64,000 nt of DNA, taken from contig OZ231126.1 of assembly GCA_965153355.1 (NCBI GenBank), positions 24,800,001-24,864,000 of the forward strand, given 5' to 3'. The DNA is from Flaccisagitta enflata (Eukaryota). Position numbers and translations under genes: made by a program. Under the pieces are notes generated by a model. The model saw nothing but the letters and a program-made list of their open reading frames with translations. It did no database searches and was not told the DNA's origin. Each line of letters starts with the position of its first letter. The stretch's first letter is position 1. Shown piece after piece: positions 1 to 14,899 of the stretch.

Positions 1-1723
1 TTTTTACACAAAAAATTGGAGCTCAAGTGTTTTTTGAATCTTTTTAGGAATGGTTTTTACATTTTTAGAAGCAGAATGGCATTATTTTCTTATATCTAAT
101 TTGCCATGAAACACCCTGTATATGAGGATGAAAAACGTAACCGTACATGTGCATAAGTGTATGGCGGGGAATGTCAAAGGGCCATTGGCAACCAGTTTCA
201 AGTCCGACAGAGCTTCAAGCCCGACAGGCTTTCTCACTTGTTCTTTCTTTTAAAATCTTAGATAACATTCTTATCTAAGAAATAACGGCCTAATTTGCAA
301 GAAAAACACACATATTCTCTTATTCATCCCCTGAATATGCCCTTTCTTCTCCTGTTTTCTTGTCCTTTATTTTTTTCCCATTTTTTTCCCTTTTTTTCTA
401 CATAGGCTTGAGTCCGACAGGGGTGTAAGTCCGACATACAGGGACGTCGGCCGACGTCCCTGACGTCCCTCTCCGTACATCCATGTACATGTGTGAGGAA
501 GTAAATCTGAAATTGCAAGTGTAAGTATGAGAGAGGCAAAAGTGCATATGTTATGATAAGAAATGTAAATATACTTGGATAAAAAAATGATATGCAAAAG
601 GGAATGTGTCAGGTTGAGACTTGAGAAAGATAGACCTGCAAAAGTGAGAGAGTAAAAGGCAAAACTGCAACTGTGTGAATGAGAAAGGTAGGTTTGTATG
701 GGTGGGAAAGTGAAAGAGAAAAAGTGCATGTGTGAGGATGAGAATGTGAAGGGCCGGGGGAAAGAGACAGAAGCCTAACCCCAGGACCAGGGGGGGTGTA
801 GAGAAAGTATCCATATACAATATATCTGCCTAAAAGCCCCCAAAAGAAGAAGGCAGAATCATAAATAAATGCCCTGTAATATAAATATATATAATAAAAT
901 GACACCAAGTGACCCATGACGGCATGACAGAATGCATGACATGGCAAGAGCCCAGAACAAGGTAAGAGACATGGTTATAAAGGCGAAAAATGGCAGGAGA
1001 GAATCATGACAACCAATGACAAGGCAGGGATCTATCACGAGCGTGTATCAGCAGCAACGGTGCCTCTCATTGGCTCTATCATCAGTCTGTGCTTCTCAGA
1101 GGGTCGAGGAAGGGAAAGCCGCGTAGAGAAGGGCAAGGGCAACCAGGAGCTGGGAAGCTGGCACAACAAATGAAAATGTAATTGCGAGGATGAGAAAGGT
1201 AGACCTGCGCGCAAAAAAGAAGACTTTCAAGAGAGAGAAAGTGAAAGATGGAATGCGATTGTGAGGAATAGGAAGGTAGACCTAGATGGGCCAATGTGGA
1301 TGTGTCAAGATGAGAAATGTGGACATACATGGGTAAGGAAGAGAAAGGCAAAAGTACATGTGCTAGGATCAGAGAGGTACTAACTTGGGAAAAAAATCGC
1401 TTTAAATCTCCTGAAAAACTAAAAAAATCCTAGAAAAATTGGAGAGATAAAGGAAGCCCTTCAAATTTGCAAGCCATTTACGCAAATCGCATCTTGCTAT
1501 CTCAATGGGTTTAGAAGTTATCTTACTTTGAATGAAATTCTTTCTTTTGAATGTTTCATAATGTTCAAACTGCCATAACATGTTTGTTTCTTGATGAATT
1601 AACCAAAAATTGATGACCAAAATGTAGAATTTTTCAAGATGTATCTTTTCATTTTTTTGAAGAAACGAAATTGGTCCAGCCATTAAAAAGTTATGGTCAG
1701 TTGAAGATAAACAAGGCCGGATA

Positions 1724-2329
1724 ACAGGGTTTGCAAAAAGTTTTGCACAAACATATGAATACAGAAACAGCACTTTCAGGTGTCTTGAGAAAGTGAAATT
1801 TAGATCATAACCCCACAACTAGTTCTATCGCACAGTAGTATGGGCCGTTATTCACTTTTCCAATTGCTGTTCCCATTAGAAGGTATAAAAGTTGAAGCGG
1901 ACTGTCAGATTTTGCAAGAATTTTACCGGCTTAATTTGAAGAGATGGAATCTCCACTTAGTCATGTATTTTTTTCATGTGTTGTGTCTTCTGCTAATCAT
2001 TGTCATACAAAACATGTTACCTTGATGTCAGATAGTTATACCAACTGATGATTGGGTCAGGGGGATCAGAAGTGTCTTATAAAATAAAGAAAAACCAATG
2101 CCACTTGATCAAGAGAATAGTCAAAATCATGGCACATAAACTACATGTGACCATCATGATAATTCAATTTCCAGACCTCATCTATTGCCTAAAGCCAACA
2201 ATAATGGCTCATTAGTATTCTAAATTACCAAAATAAGATATTTGATTCATGTCATGATAATATTTGCCGTGCATTGTAATATTTTTGAATGTTTTATCAG
2301 AGTTGTGCAAAATTTTTTGCTCACCCTGT
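1724..2329. mobile_element. MITE family M1 (TIR ACAGGG(T)GAGCAAAAAATTTTGCACAA), TA TSD, nested in a HINE-A copy
   Basis: TIRs at both ends. The empty site ggaTAcacggc is seen in other HINE-A copies. Confidence 0.85.
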
Positions 2330-3434
2330 TACACGGCAATCCAGTCGCGGACAGTTGGGCAGGAGCTGTAATGCCGAAACTGCTCAAAAGTAAAAAATGT
2401 GACCTACCGACCGACGTGGCAAGGTGTAGAGTCCATGTCCGCGACTAAAACGAGAAGAAGTTTCTCATTGCTTCAAAAATCTTGAACACCCTTACTCCAG
2501 AATCTAGAGTCCAGATTAACTCAAGAAGCTCTAAAATCGCTATCTGGACAAATACAGACCATCCTCCACTCTAAAAGAGTTTATACAAATGTCAAATGAT
2601 TTGAAATTGACTGATATTGATTTTACTTGTTTATAGATGCATTTATGTTGTTAGGTGAACGATTCTTTTTTTTCCCAAGATAGTGAGAAAGTGAAAGATA
2701 AAATTGCTATTGTGTAGAAAAGCAGAATGTGAGAAAAACATGAGCCCGCGGAGTTTAAGTGTGTAAAATGTACCAAGGTAGGCTCACCCCTATGGATGTA
2801 TGGGAAGATTCTAAGTTCCACGCTACTGAAGTACTTCTAGGAAACTTCTTGGTCCACCGGCCGGTAGAGAGCTTCTTTAACTCAATCCTTCGCTTCGGAA
2901 CTGCAAGAGTAAGATGTTTATTATTTCTTCGCTGTAAAAGTTTGGAAAGGTTTACTCTCCCAACCATAGGTATATGGGAGAATATACTAACATTTACCCA
3001 TCAACAAACAAGGACAGGGACGCACGATGGCTCTATTATCAAATGCATAACCAAGAATCGGACCGCACGACGACGGTAGACCGACGGACGACTTGTAATG
3101 TAAAATAATGCTTGAGCCCATATTCAATTTTTAGATACAAATTGGAACTGGTTTGGGAACATTGCCTGTGTCACACCAGACATGACACTTTGTCTTTGTC
3201 TTTGTCTTTGTCTTTGTCTTTGTCTTTGTCTTTGATATTGTCTTTGTCTTTTGTCCTTAGTCTTTTGTCTTTGTCTCTCTTTTACTGCTCCACTTCTTAG
3301 AATCGACTTTTTGCCCCCACTACAATGTCATACAATGACAATTTCCGCTTCGGTTTTGCCTCTTATTCTCTTCCACGGGAAACGACTCGCGATAACCGTA
3401 ACTACGTAGCGCGAGCCAACTCATTGTTTGCTCA

Positions 3435-3894
<460 letters not shown>

Positions 3895-4124
3895 ACGACG
3901 GATGCAGAGACGACAGAGACAGAGTCAGACTGATTAATGAATCCGAAGTAGAAATCGCCTCACCGCGCTTCACCGTTGGCGAGGTCGACCGAGGAGTAGG
4001 ACGAAGCTGAGCGACGCGGAGGAAGGGGAGAGAAAGAGGGTGGGAGAGGGTGAAGAGAGAAGTGAGGTACGGAGTGAAGAGAGGTAGAAGGGGGATGTAA
4101 GAGAAAAACAGGGTGAGAGAAAAA

Positions 4125-4160
<36 letters not shown>

Positions 4161-4166
4161 AACAAA

Positions 4167-4328
<162 letters not shown>

Positions 4329-4978
4329 AAAAAAGAAAAGGGGGGGGGGTGAAAAAGTTGAGGTTTGAAAAAAGAGTAAAAGAGTACTGAAAGGGAGGAA
4401 GCAAGAAAGGAATATAACAAGGTCATTAGACCAACGTCGCGTGCGGCATAACTTCCAGAAGAAGAAGTACAGACAGAAAGACTGACAGACAGACAGTCAG
4501 AGAGACAGACAGACAGACCAACAGGCAGACCAACAAAGACTTTCTAAACGATCATGCAGGGTTATTCATCTCAAATGGCAAAAAGTATCAAGCTTTTATC
4601 CCCAAATGTATCTTCAGACAGTTATAAGACTTTTTTTACTCTATAGTACATCGTTTGACGGTTTTTGTGTCAAAATTCCTTGGTCTAGGTCAAGTAGTTG
4701 GGCCACAACATCAATTTGAAGTAAAATGAATATTCACAACTTGAGCTCAATTTACAATGAATTTGCAACAACCATTCTTGCTGTAATTGCAGTTATTTCT
4801 TGACCAATTAAGCATGAGCGTCAAATTTGCCTTGAACTAAAGAATAAATTGGAGATACAGTACAATGGGAGCAAGGACGACCTAGACTGGAGGGTAGATT
4901 TAATGTATCTTAATTTTATTTGATTTATAAAAAGATGGGTTCTGTGCTAATTGAAGGTTGCTTGATTGCTGGAATATA

Positions 4979-5584
4979 ACAGTATGAGCAAAAAATTTTG
5001 CACAAGTCTGATAAAGCATTGAAAAATACTGCAATGCAGGGCAAATATCGTCATGATAATAATCAATTACCTAATTTCAGTAATTTGGAATACTAATGTG
5101 CCAATACTGTTGGCTATGGTCCTTAAATGAGGTTCGGAAAATGAATAATTATGATGGTCACTTGTAGTCTATGTGCCATGACTTTGACTGTTCCTTTGAT
5201 CAAGTGGCATCAGTTTTTCTTCATTTTGTCAGAGAATTCTAATCCCCCTGACCCAATCATCAATTGGTCTGACTATCTGACAAAACGGTAACTTGTTTTG
5301 TACGACAATGACTAGCAGTGGATGCCTAGCAAGAGAAAAACACTTGACTAAGAAGAGTTTTGATCTTTCCAAATTTGGCCAGTAAAATTCGTGCAAAATC
5401 TGGTTGTGCTGTCCAACTTTGATGCCTTCTAATGGGAACAGCAATAGGGAAAGTGATTGACGGCCCATACTACTGTGCAATAGAACTTGTTTTGGGGTTA
5501 TGATCCAAATTTCATCTTTTCAAAGCACCTAGTAGTGATGTTTCTACACTCATATGTTTGTGCAAAATTTTTTGCACATGCTGT
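4979..5584. mobile_element. MITE family M1 copy (opposite orientation)
   Basis: Same 606-bp length, TIRs, TA flanks, and internal homology to 1724-2329. Confidence 0.85.
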
Positions 5585-6913
5585 TATTTGCTTCCCTCAT
5601 CTTTCAACTTGTGACTTGATTTCATAAGGATTTAATTTTTCAATGTTCTAACCTAGCTTATCAAATTGAGCTGAAAATCTTTAAAGATTTAGAAAAAAAA
5701 TCAACTTAATTGGTCTATTTCAACAGGTTTTATGCCTGTTTTAAGCTTTGCCTAGATATCAATTTACATAACTATTCTGTTTAGAAAATAACTGTAAAAC
5801 CGGTAAAAATAGTCCGATTGAGCTGTTTCTTTTTTTGAATTATATAAAATTTTTAGCGAAATCTAATGGGCTAAGTCAAAACATTAAAAAATGAAGTCCT
5901 GATGAAGTAAAGTCACAAATTGAAGAATAAGAAAAGTCAACACATTCAAGCAATAGAGCAACATTTAATTAATATAGATTTCAATTCTTTTAGAAATCAA
6001 ATGAAATTAAGATACCTTAAATCTATCCTCCAGTCTGGGTTGACTTTGCTCCCATCGTACTGTAATAATTCTTTATTGCTTTTTTTAGACTGGCATCTGC
6101 AGCTTGAACTGTTTGAAAATAACTTTTGCCTAATGAATGATTTTGTTTTTTTGAATAAAGAGTTTTTTTGTGGATACTTGTCATTCTTCAAATTGATGCT
6201 GTGGCTAAACTATCTAACCCAGACCAATGAAATTTTACTACATACAGTATGATTTATCTCAATTGTAACATTTTATGATGGCATAACTCAAAAACTAATC
6301 AAGATAATCCAAATCTGAAAAAGTCTCTTGTAGGTATTGGTTTGGCATTTTATGATAATTGGTGTCCAGGATTTTTAAGAATATCTGATCCCCTAAACAA
6401 ACAATTAAACAAAACTCACGCCATACAAAACAAACCATTTTATCCTTTTGTGAAATCTTTTTTTGAGATTGCTTTTTTTGGTTTAAGCTTTTGATGTCAA
6501 ATAGGTCTCAAATACAGGGGTGTATATAACTGAGCGGCTTTTGATTTTATTCCCCCCCCCTGCCTTTGATTTTCTTCCCCGCGACGCGTCGCGTTGCGAT
6601 ACAAAATCTATGATTTTCTTCCCTACAAAGCAATAAAACAGTATATTATAGGTTTAAATGGTGTTGAAATGTGTTGTAGTAATCAAATTTTACCTTTTGG
6701 TACTACCATAAGTGTTGAATCTTCAAAAATTTTCTTTTTTCTTTTTTTCAAGTTTTTGATTTTTTTCCCCATCTCCAAACCTTTTGATTTTATTCCCCCC
6801 CCCGCCGGGGGGGGGGGGGAATGCTCAACTATATACAGGCCTGCTCGAATATAAAGTTTATTGATGTGGTTCATGATAAAAGTGAGAAAAAATTGCACTT
6901 GATTACAATTTAA

Positions 6914-7153
6914 AACAAGGCCGGATACATGGCTACCCCAGTTGCATGCGGGTGGGCAGGGACCGTATTTGAGGTCACTTGATCACTTGGGCAGGAGCAG
7001 TGAGGCCATAGACAGCAAAAACCAAAAAAAATTAAAGTGTGACAGACGGACCGACGGACAGACCGACGGACATACCGACGGATGGACCGACAGACGGACC
7101 AACGGACGGACCGACAAATTGGGGTGTAGAGTCGCGTAGCACGCGACTAAAAA
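6914..7153 (-). mobile_element. DINE-1/Helentron-like non-autonomous element, family HINE-A
   Basis: Termini aacaaggccggatac... and gtcgcgtagcacgcgactaaaaa; internal (GACG/GACC) microsatellite. Confidence 0.75.
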
Positions 7154-8097
7154 AGAAAGAGAAAAATAGCCTTTTTTGGTAAAATTTGCCATAAAGTCTC
7201 TTCTATGTAAAAAGTACTAAAATTTCGAAGAAAATCCTGAGAGATGGTTCTTCATAAAATGCTAAGTAATAACTTTTCATATATTTTTTTCAGAATCAAA
7301 TTATCTCATTAACTTCTTTAGCAATGCCGTCATGAAATGTTGCAGTCGAGCTCGATCATACTGTAAAACGTCAAACAATGTGCTTTTAGATAAAAGAAAT
7401 TCCAGACCTGACAGATTATTAATTTTGGCATAGGAGCTTGATACTTTTTGCCATTTGAGATGAATGACCGTGTAGAATAGTTGGTAACACCCTTAGAATA
7501 TTGAAAATAGGTACCTTTAAAACAATTTTGTGATGGATGGACTGACGGACCAATGGACTAACGGACCAACTGAAAAGTGGCTTACACAGAGTCACATACG
7601 CGTAGCAAGCGACTAAAAATGTAATGAAAAAATCAAAGAAAGAAGAGCGACAGTAAATAAGGCTATATATACACGGCTACCGAAGTCGCGTGCAGGTGGG
7701 CAGGGGCAATGATAAAAAAGGCTAATCAAGCACTTGGGCAGGAGCAGTGATGTAAAAAAAGCCCATAAACACCGAAAAAAGCAAAACAAGTGTTACAGAC
7801 TGACGGACAGAGTGGGTTATGGAGTCGCTGCACTAGACTAAAAAGAGCAAATAACGTATGAAGGAAGTAACGGCTGAGGAACGGGCGAGACAGGAAATAA
7901 CAAGAAGGATAGATTAAAACAGAGAAGACCCAGACTAAAACATGGAGGAAGGGAGGAAAAAGGCATGTAGTGGAGAGCTGGTCATTCGAAGAGAGGAAGA
8001 GCAGGTCGAGACTGATGATGAGAGGAGATGAGGGAGAAGGAAGGGGAAAGTTAGAAGAAGTAGAGAGGACGAACGAAAAGTGGAGGAAGAGATCGTA

Positions 8098-8690
8098 CTA
8101 TCTAAGAAAAAAGTTTGGCGACACTTCAGGTTGGCAGCATGTTTCCCCCCTCATATGCACAAAACTTGTGTATCTGATCGTTTTTAGTTATTTTTATATC
8201 TAAACTAACTAGAACAAAGGAGAAAAACAATCTTCAATCCAATTAAGGGACAGCGAGTTTGGTTTGTTTATTACAACTAAGAGGTGGTTGTGGTAATGAT
8301 AGTAGATTTTGGTCATTTTGGCTCTAAATTTGAGCTACTCCCCTTCCAAAATTTGACTAAAAATCCATGAGATTATAAAACTAGAGGTCAAGAGCTAACC
8401 AGTGGTGCAATCCGCATGTTTCTGTTATATTTTAGTAAAATTTGAGAGCATTTCAAAGATGGAAGGGTATAGGAATAAATAGATTCTAATTTTTTTGCCA
8501 TTTTTGAAAGTACATGAGCAACTTCAAACATATGTCATTTCTAAACGGTTTGACGCACAGAGACGAGATTGCGCTCAGATTGTAGATTTTTCGATGTAGA
8601 TTAAAATGCTCATAAATTTTGTTTACTTATCTCAACGGGAAGTTGAGCTATCTCTCATTAAAGGTGTCGCCAAACATATTTCCTAGGTAG
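8098..8690. mobile_element. MITE, TIR CTATCTAAGAAA..GTTTGGCGACAC, TA TSD
   Basis: Imperfect ~27-bp TIRs flanked by TA. Related termini at 46814-47341. Confidence 0.65.
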
Positions 8691-9263
8691 TAAAAGGGAA
8701 AGCGGCCCAAGTACAGTATATGGTCAGCGGTACCCGTATCCTGGTTGAGTGGTTTGTTAGTAAAGTTGAGGGGAGAGCAGGACCTAACGTCACGAGGCTG
8801 AAGTCCCGAGGGGAACAAATCTAAGACTCAGTGGGGCTTAAATGGAAACGAGTGAGAAAAAATCCTCCATGGTAGTGACTTGTGTAAGAAGGTACATCGT
8901 GTAGTGGAGAGTTGATGTTGAGCCTCGTAAAAAAATTTCCTTTGAAACTTTTTTTGTAAAAATCACTGTGAAGTTCTAATTCTTTTGTATATTTGATACA
9001 AATCATAGGGATTTATGTTTTGTTTTGTTTTTTTATTGAAATTCTGATGCAGGATTCATATTCCTGGTAGAATTTCGAAATGTTTTTGTAAGTCTTCATG
9101 AGATGGTGAAAGGGGCAGTGGCCCAAAAGGGACACATGACCTACGCTTTGGCTCATTGTGAATTATGAGGAGCATTTTGGCCTTTGCAGTCAAGATAAAG
9201 GTCTTTAATGTTTTGTTTGGATAGAAGTAGTTTATACATGAATTTGTTTGCTCTGCCTTACTA

Positions 9264-9667
9264 CATGAATTTTAAAAAAAGACGCACCTTTGTGTAAGTT
9301 GATAAAACATACATAAAACCTCATTTGAATATTTATCGGATTAGGTGATTTTGAAGATGTTCAAAAGATCTTTCATTCTATACCAATCCCAGGTCTGTAT
9401 CTCAAACGGTTTAAACGATACAGCCTGTCAAAATGATCAACCATTTTGCTAAATTGCCTCTTTTTCTGTGAGACTACAAAAGCAGATTTGGTAATGTTTT
9501 TATTCAGACTAATGCCATTATTAAACGAATAAAGATAAAACTACCAGATTGGCGCCAATGAAAGAATTTTTAAAGGGCATTCTAATGGTCTAAAACTTAA
9601 ATACGTTTCTTTGAGTTTTAATGGTTACATCAACCATTCAAAAGTGCGTCTTATTTTTAAATTCATG
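9264..9667. mobile_element. MITE, TIR CATGAATTT(T)AAAAA..GACGCAC
   Basis: Inverted termini flanked by TA. Confidence 0.65.
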
Positions 9668-10163
9668 TAGCATATCATATTTTCATGCTACAATTTGGCC
9701 CAAGAAGCTAGCGTTAGGGTCAGGCAGCTAGGATTTAAGCTCTTAGCCCAGGATTTTCGTCAGGAGGCTGTGATTTGGGCCTTAAGACTGGAATTTAGAC
9801 TAGGAATTTGGGCCGCTGCTAATGCAAGACTGAGCAATGAGCATGGTTTGATAGGTAGAAAATACAGGAGACGATCAATTGTAGGCTATGGAGTATAGTT
9901 TTGCAGGAGAGAAGGACTAGGAGAAAGGCGAAAGCATAGGAAAGACACTAGGAAGAAGATTATGAAAAAAAGCGGGGTGTAGAGTCGCGTAGCACGCGAC
10001 TAAAAAGCATGCTGGTGCAGAATTCAATCTACAAAATTCAGGTCTATAATCATTTGTTGCACGTCCTGCGCACATGTATTAATAGACGCACATTTCCAGA
10101 CTCCCTCGGGACCATCGTCTGACACTTTCGTCTGGACTTCATTCAGACGCTCTTTCATGAGTA

Positions 10164-10265
10164 ATGAGCGGGGCGAAGCGCGCACGACCAAGATGCGCGA
10201 TGAGCGGCCGGCAGCGCGCACCACCAAGATGCGCGATGAGCGGCCGGATGCGCGCACCACCAAGA
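10164..10265 (+). repeat. 36-bp GC-rich tandem repeat, ~2.8 copies
   Basis: ATGAGCGG..GCGCGCACCACCAAGATGCGCG repeated. Confidence 0.85.
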
Positions 10266-10457
10266 CTGTCCGTTCCGGTCAGACGCCGGCGTGCGGGGCA
10301 CTCAGACGTTGAGAGCCTTTACGGAGGTCCCGTCAAAATCACTGATTGGGTGAGTGACTTTAATGAATGATTTACACTTTGATGGCAAAACAAATCCAAC
10401 GATGGTTCATTCGCGTTGGCTTCTACAACGAGAAACGATGGCCGTGACCGTCACAGA

Positions 10458-11061
<604 letters not shown>

Positions 11062-11396
11062 ACAGTGGACAAGACCTCTTGATTATGTTGCAGCGTGCAG
11101 CGCCGCTGCTCGGAAGGAAAGGGGGCATGTCAGAAGGTTTTGGAGGAAAAAGGAGAGAAGGTAAAGAAAGAAGAAGGAAAAGGAGAAAAAGAAAAGAAGG
11201 AAGAAAAAGAAAAAGAAAAAGAAATAAAGAGAAAAAGAAGAGTAGGAAAAAGATTACAAAAAGAAAAGAAGGCATTTTTTTTTATGAAATCATGGAATGG
11301 AAACTTTCAAAATTGCATTTTGAAAAAAAAAAAACAACATGATCCACAGGCCAACAGTCACGTGCTCTGTTTTACAATTACACACATAATCACATA

Positions 11397-11573
11397 CAGT
11401 TGAACCTTGCTCTAACGTACCTGCCACCAGCGGAATTCCGCCTAGAATAGATGCAAATTTATGGCTCCTTTAAGATATTTTTTTTGATTTCCTTTGTTTG
11501 CAATAACAAAAGTCCACTTATAACAGAAGAAAATTGTTAGTCCCTTGAAATCCGTTAGAGCGGGGTTCAACTG
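11397..11573. mobile_element. Short Tc1/pogo-type MITE (CAGTTGAACC TIR, TA TSD)
   Basis: TAcagttgaacc...ggttcaactgTA. Partial relatives near 56800-56872 and 61450-61520. Confidence 0.7.
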
Positions 11574-12908
11574 TATATACAAATTCCTTCCTCCCCTCTT
11601 TCCTTCCTCCCTAGTCCCTACCTCATTTCATTCCTTCCTTCCTCCCTCCCGTCCTGCCATTGCTTCCTTCCTTCCTTCCTTCCTCCCTTCTTTCCTTCCT
11701 TCCTTCCTTCCTTCCTTCCTTCCTTCTACCAACTGACCAAGAGATTAACAATAACAAATTTTACTTTAGAAACAACCTATTTAACCTTGAAATACCCAAA
11801 ACAGTCAAAAATTTGATAATCTGACAAATGTATGGACTGGCAGATGGACGGACAGATGGACGGACTGACAGAGAAACATTTTGAGTCGCGTGCACGCGAC
11901 TACAAATGTATCAACGATCCAAGTACCATCAAACTCATTTAAGGAGAATCAATGATGAATTCCAGTGTGTTTTTGATAGCTGAAACCCCGTTTTATGGTA
12001 ACCCTTTGTTTGGTGTTAGTCAAGATGGTCTGTCGGAAGATCTTAAAATACAAATCCTGCTGCCCGGAAGAAAATCATAATCAAGAGGTCTGCAGTGAAC
12101 TTTTGTGATTTGATGATGTCGGTCCAACCATAAATTTTCTAGTCGCGTGCATGCAACTCTTTCCCCTGTTTTGTCCATCCGCAACTGGCTTTGTCCATAT
12201 GTACCTCTGTCCGTCCATCTATCCATCCGTCAGTTTGTCCATTCATCTGTCTGTCCGTCCATCTGTTTGTCCATTGGTCTGTTGGTTATGCACATGTCGA
12301 AAGTGGTTCAAAATGGAGAAATTTGATGTTTATGCAAATAATTTAATGTTTTTAGTCAGTTATTGAGTCGGAACGTGAACTTGTTTTCGTATGTTCAGAA
12401 TTGCTAAGTCACTCCTTTAGAGACGGCCTTTTGTTTTTATTGGCACATGTTGAAATGGTTTGCGGCCTCTGTTAACAAAACTTGGAACTAGCATACGAAT
12501 GGAAACATAAGTTGTCCTAATGATGAATCTCCCGCGAGTTTTGCAACTCATTAATATTATGATATCTGACATTACATCTTTCTTGGTCGCGTGCATTGTT
12601 GGTCCATCCATCCGTATAGCTGTCCGGCCGACCGGCTGTCCGTCCATCCGTCCATCCGTCCTTACGCCTATCTATCCATCCGTCTTTCTCTACGTCCATC
12701 TATCCATCCGTCCATCTATCCATCCGTCCGTCCGTCGGTCCGTCCGTCCAACCCCTTTTGAGCAGCGGCCTCACACATCCCAGGAACAAACCTGAGGTGG
12801 AAAAAAGCTTAGTGTTGTGAACCCCATAAGCACATTGTACTTTGTATAAGGTAAAATAAGAGCAAAAAAGAAAAACTGACTCGGAAGTATAGTACATATA
12901 GTCTTATA

Positions 12909-13307
12909 CACTCTTTTTTTTTTAGTAAGGACATGAGGCTGAAATCTTGCTAAAAATTAAGGACATTTTAAGAACAAAGCCCAGCCTCAGATTTGAAGAA
13001 TAATGATTTTTGATTTATAGTTTTAACTGTTTTTATATGAATTCTTTGAGAAAATAGTCGCATTCATAAAAAATAACAATTTGTTTTATGAAATAAACTT
13101 TTATTTTGCTATGATCAGCAGTCACTGTCATATGTAACTTGTATTACCTTATACTGTACATAAATTATATCAATGTATAAAATCATAAAGAAATTACAGA
13201 AAAGTATTAAGAATATATTAAGAACATTTCAGCCTGGAATTTGCAAAAATTTAAGGACATCCCAGCCTCAGAAAAAAATAACTGGTCCTTATAAAAAGAA
13301 AAGAGTG
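12909..13307. mobile_element. MITE, TIR CACTCTTTT..TAAGGAC, TA TSD
   Basis: Inverted termini flanked by TA. Confidence 0.7.
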
Positions 13308-13547
13308 TAATAGCAAAAATAAAGCATATTTCAGAATTTAGAAGTTAAAAATTGTTGCTTTATGTTCTACAACTTTAAGAAATAACTGAACTGTGTAACA
13401 ACTATTGCTGTAAAAATGTTTTTACCAAATTGAGTTAGTTTGGCAGGATATTTAACAAATAAGCCCAAAAATCAGCTAAAAAAAGACCAAAAAAAAAGGT
13501 TCATTTTTCAGCTAAATATTATCAGTACTGTTTGTACTATTTATTTT

Positions 13548-14893
13548 ACCAGTAATGGCGGCTGTCGCCATGAGGAAAAAAGTCATAAGCACTGATGACT
13601 TTTCACCATGCTTTTTTCTTCAGTCACTGAATTTTTTTTATTTGTCAGATCAAATCAAAAGCAATTGTTTGCATTGGTTGTACTGAAAATCAGAGAGTAA
13701 TAGGACTGAGCCAAATGAGCTAGATGAGCTGAAATATTCAAAATAATTCAACCAGACAACCAGCTTTGCTCACTGACATGCTTTCTTGTATTTGTATGCT
13801 TAAATCAAAACATCTTTTTAATCCTGTTTAAAATCAAAGAAAAATAGTCGCAAAAGCGTCAGATGGTCAGTGGTACCCGTTGCCCCTATGTGAGTGTATG
13901 TGGGTGGGTGGTGGTTAGAGGGGCAGCGGCCCCGAAGGGGCCGATGACCTATGCTGTTTTTATTTGAGCTTCAAGGCTGGAATTAGGGCCTGAAGGCTGG
14001 GATTTGGGCCTCGAGACCAGAATTTGGGCTTTGAGACCAGGATTTGGGCCTCAAGACCAGGAACTGGGCCTCAAGGCTGGGATTTGAGCCTCAAGGCTGG
14101 GATTTGAGCTTTGAGGCTGGCGGTTGAGCCTCAAGGCTAGGATTTGAGCCTTGAGGCTGAGATTTGAGCCTCCAGGCTGAGATTTGAGCCTTCAGGCTGG
14201 AATTTGAGCCTGCAGGCTGGGATTTGAGCCTGCAGGCTGGGATTTGAGCTTCGAGGCTGGGATTTGAGCCTCCAGGCTGGGATTTGAGCTTCTAGGCTGG
14301 GATATGAGCCTCAAGGCTAGAATTTGGGCCTCGAGAGTAGGATTTGGGCCTCGAGAGTAGGATTTGGGCCTCGAGACTAGGATTTGGGCCTCGAGGGGGG
14401 GGACGGAGAAGAAGAAGAAGAAGGAGAAGAAGGAGAAGGAGGAGAAGGAGAAAGTTTCCCATATGTGTGAAAGCATAGGTCATCGGCCCCTTCGGGGCCG
14501 CTGCCCAAAAGCAAGCTAAGTGAGCTGAATGAGCCAAAATGCTCAAAGACGCCCTCACAGATGAGCAGCTGTGCTCGTAAACATCTTTTTTTGTATTTGT
14601 ATGCTCAAGTAAACATAAATACACTCCTTTATTGATCCTACACAAAATAGAAAAAAATTCTATTCGAATTTTTTGTAAATAAATTTTTAAAAAATCATAG
14701 CGCGAAAAGTATTTGTCGTAGAGCATTCTGCTTGGCGCCAAATGAAAGAGAATTATCAAATTTACTTACCCTATCAATTTCATTGGAGGGCCCATTCGCC
14801 CTTAGGAGAGCCGGAATTTCCGCATAAGAAAATGAAAACCCTGTTTCTCTCGAATATGTCAAAAAGTCGAAGACAGACTTCAACTTTTTTCCC
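13548..14893 (-). mobile_element. Helentron-like element family HINE-B with a nested HINE-C
   Basis: One end accagtaatggcggctgtcgcc..ggaaaaaagtc (hairpin + subTIR); other end aaaagtcgaagacagacttcaacttttttcc. Homologous to 17700-19288 and 31073-34737. Confidence 0.65.
13843..14510 (-). mobile_element. Family HINE-C element (GGGCAGCGGCCCCGAAGGGG subterminal IRs, central 20-bp minisatellite)
   Basis: ~35-bp inverted repeats flank GGCTGGGATTTGAGCCTCAA tandem units; T-rich ends. Confidence 0.75.
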
Positions 14894-14899
14894 GACTAT

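Larger units (their letters stand above)
4557..7472. mobile_element. TIR element containing nested MITE/HINE insertions
   Basis: ttattcatctcaaatggcaaaaagtatcaagct (~4562-4595) is the reverse complement of agcttgatactttttgccatttgagatgaatga (~7435-7467). Confidence 0.55.
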
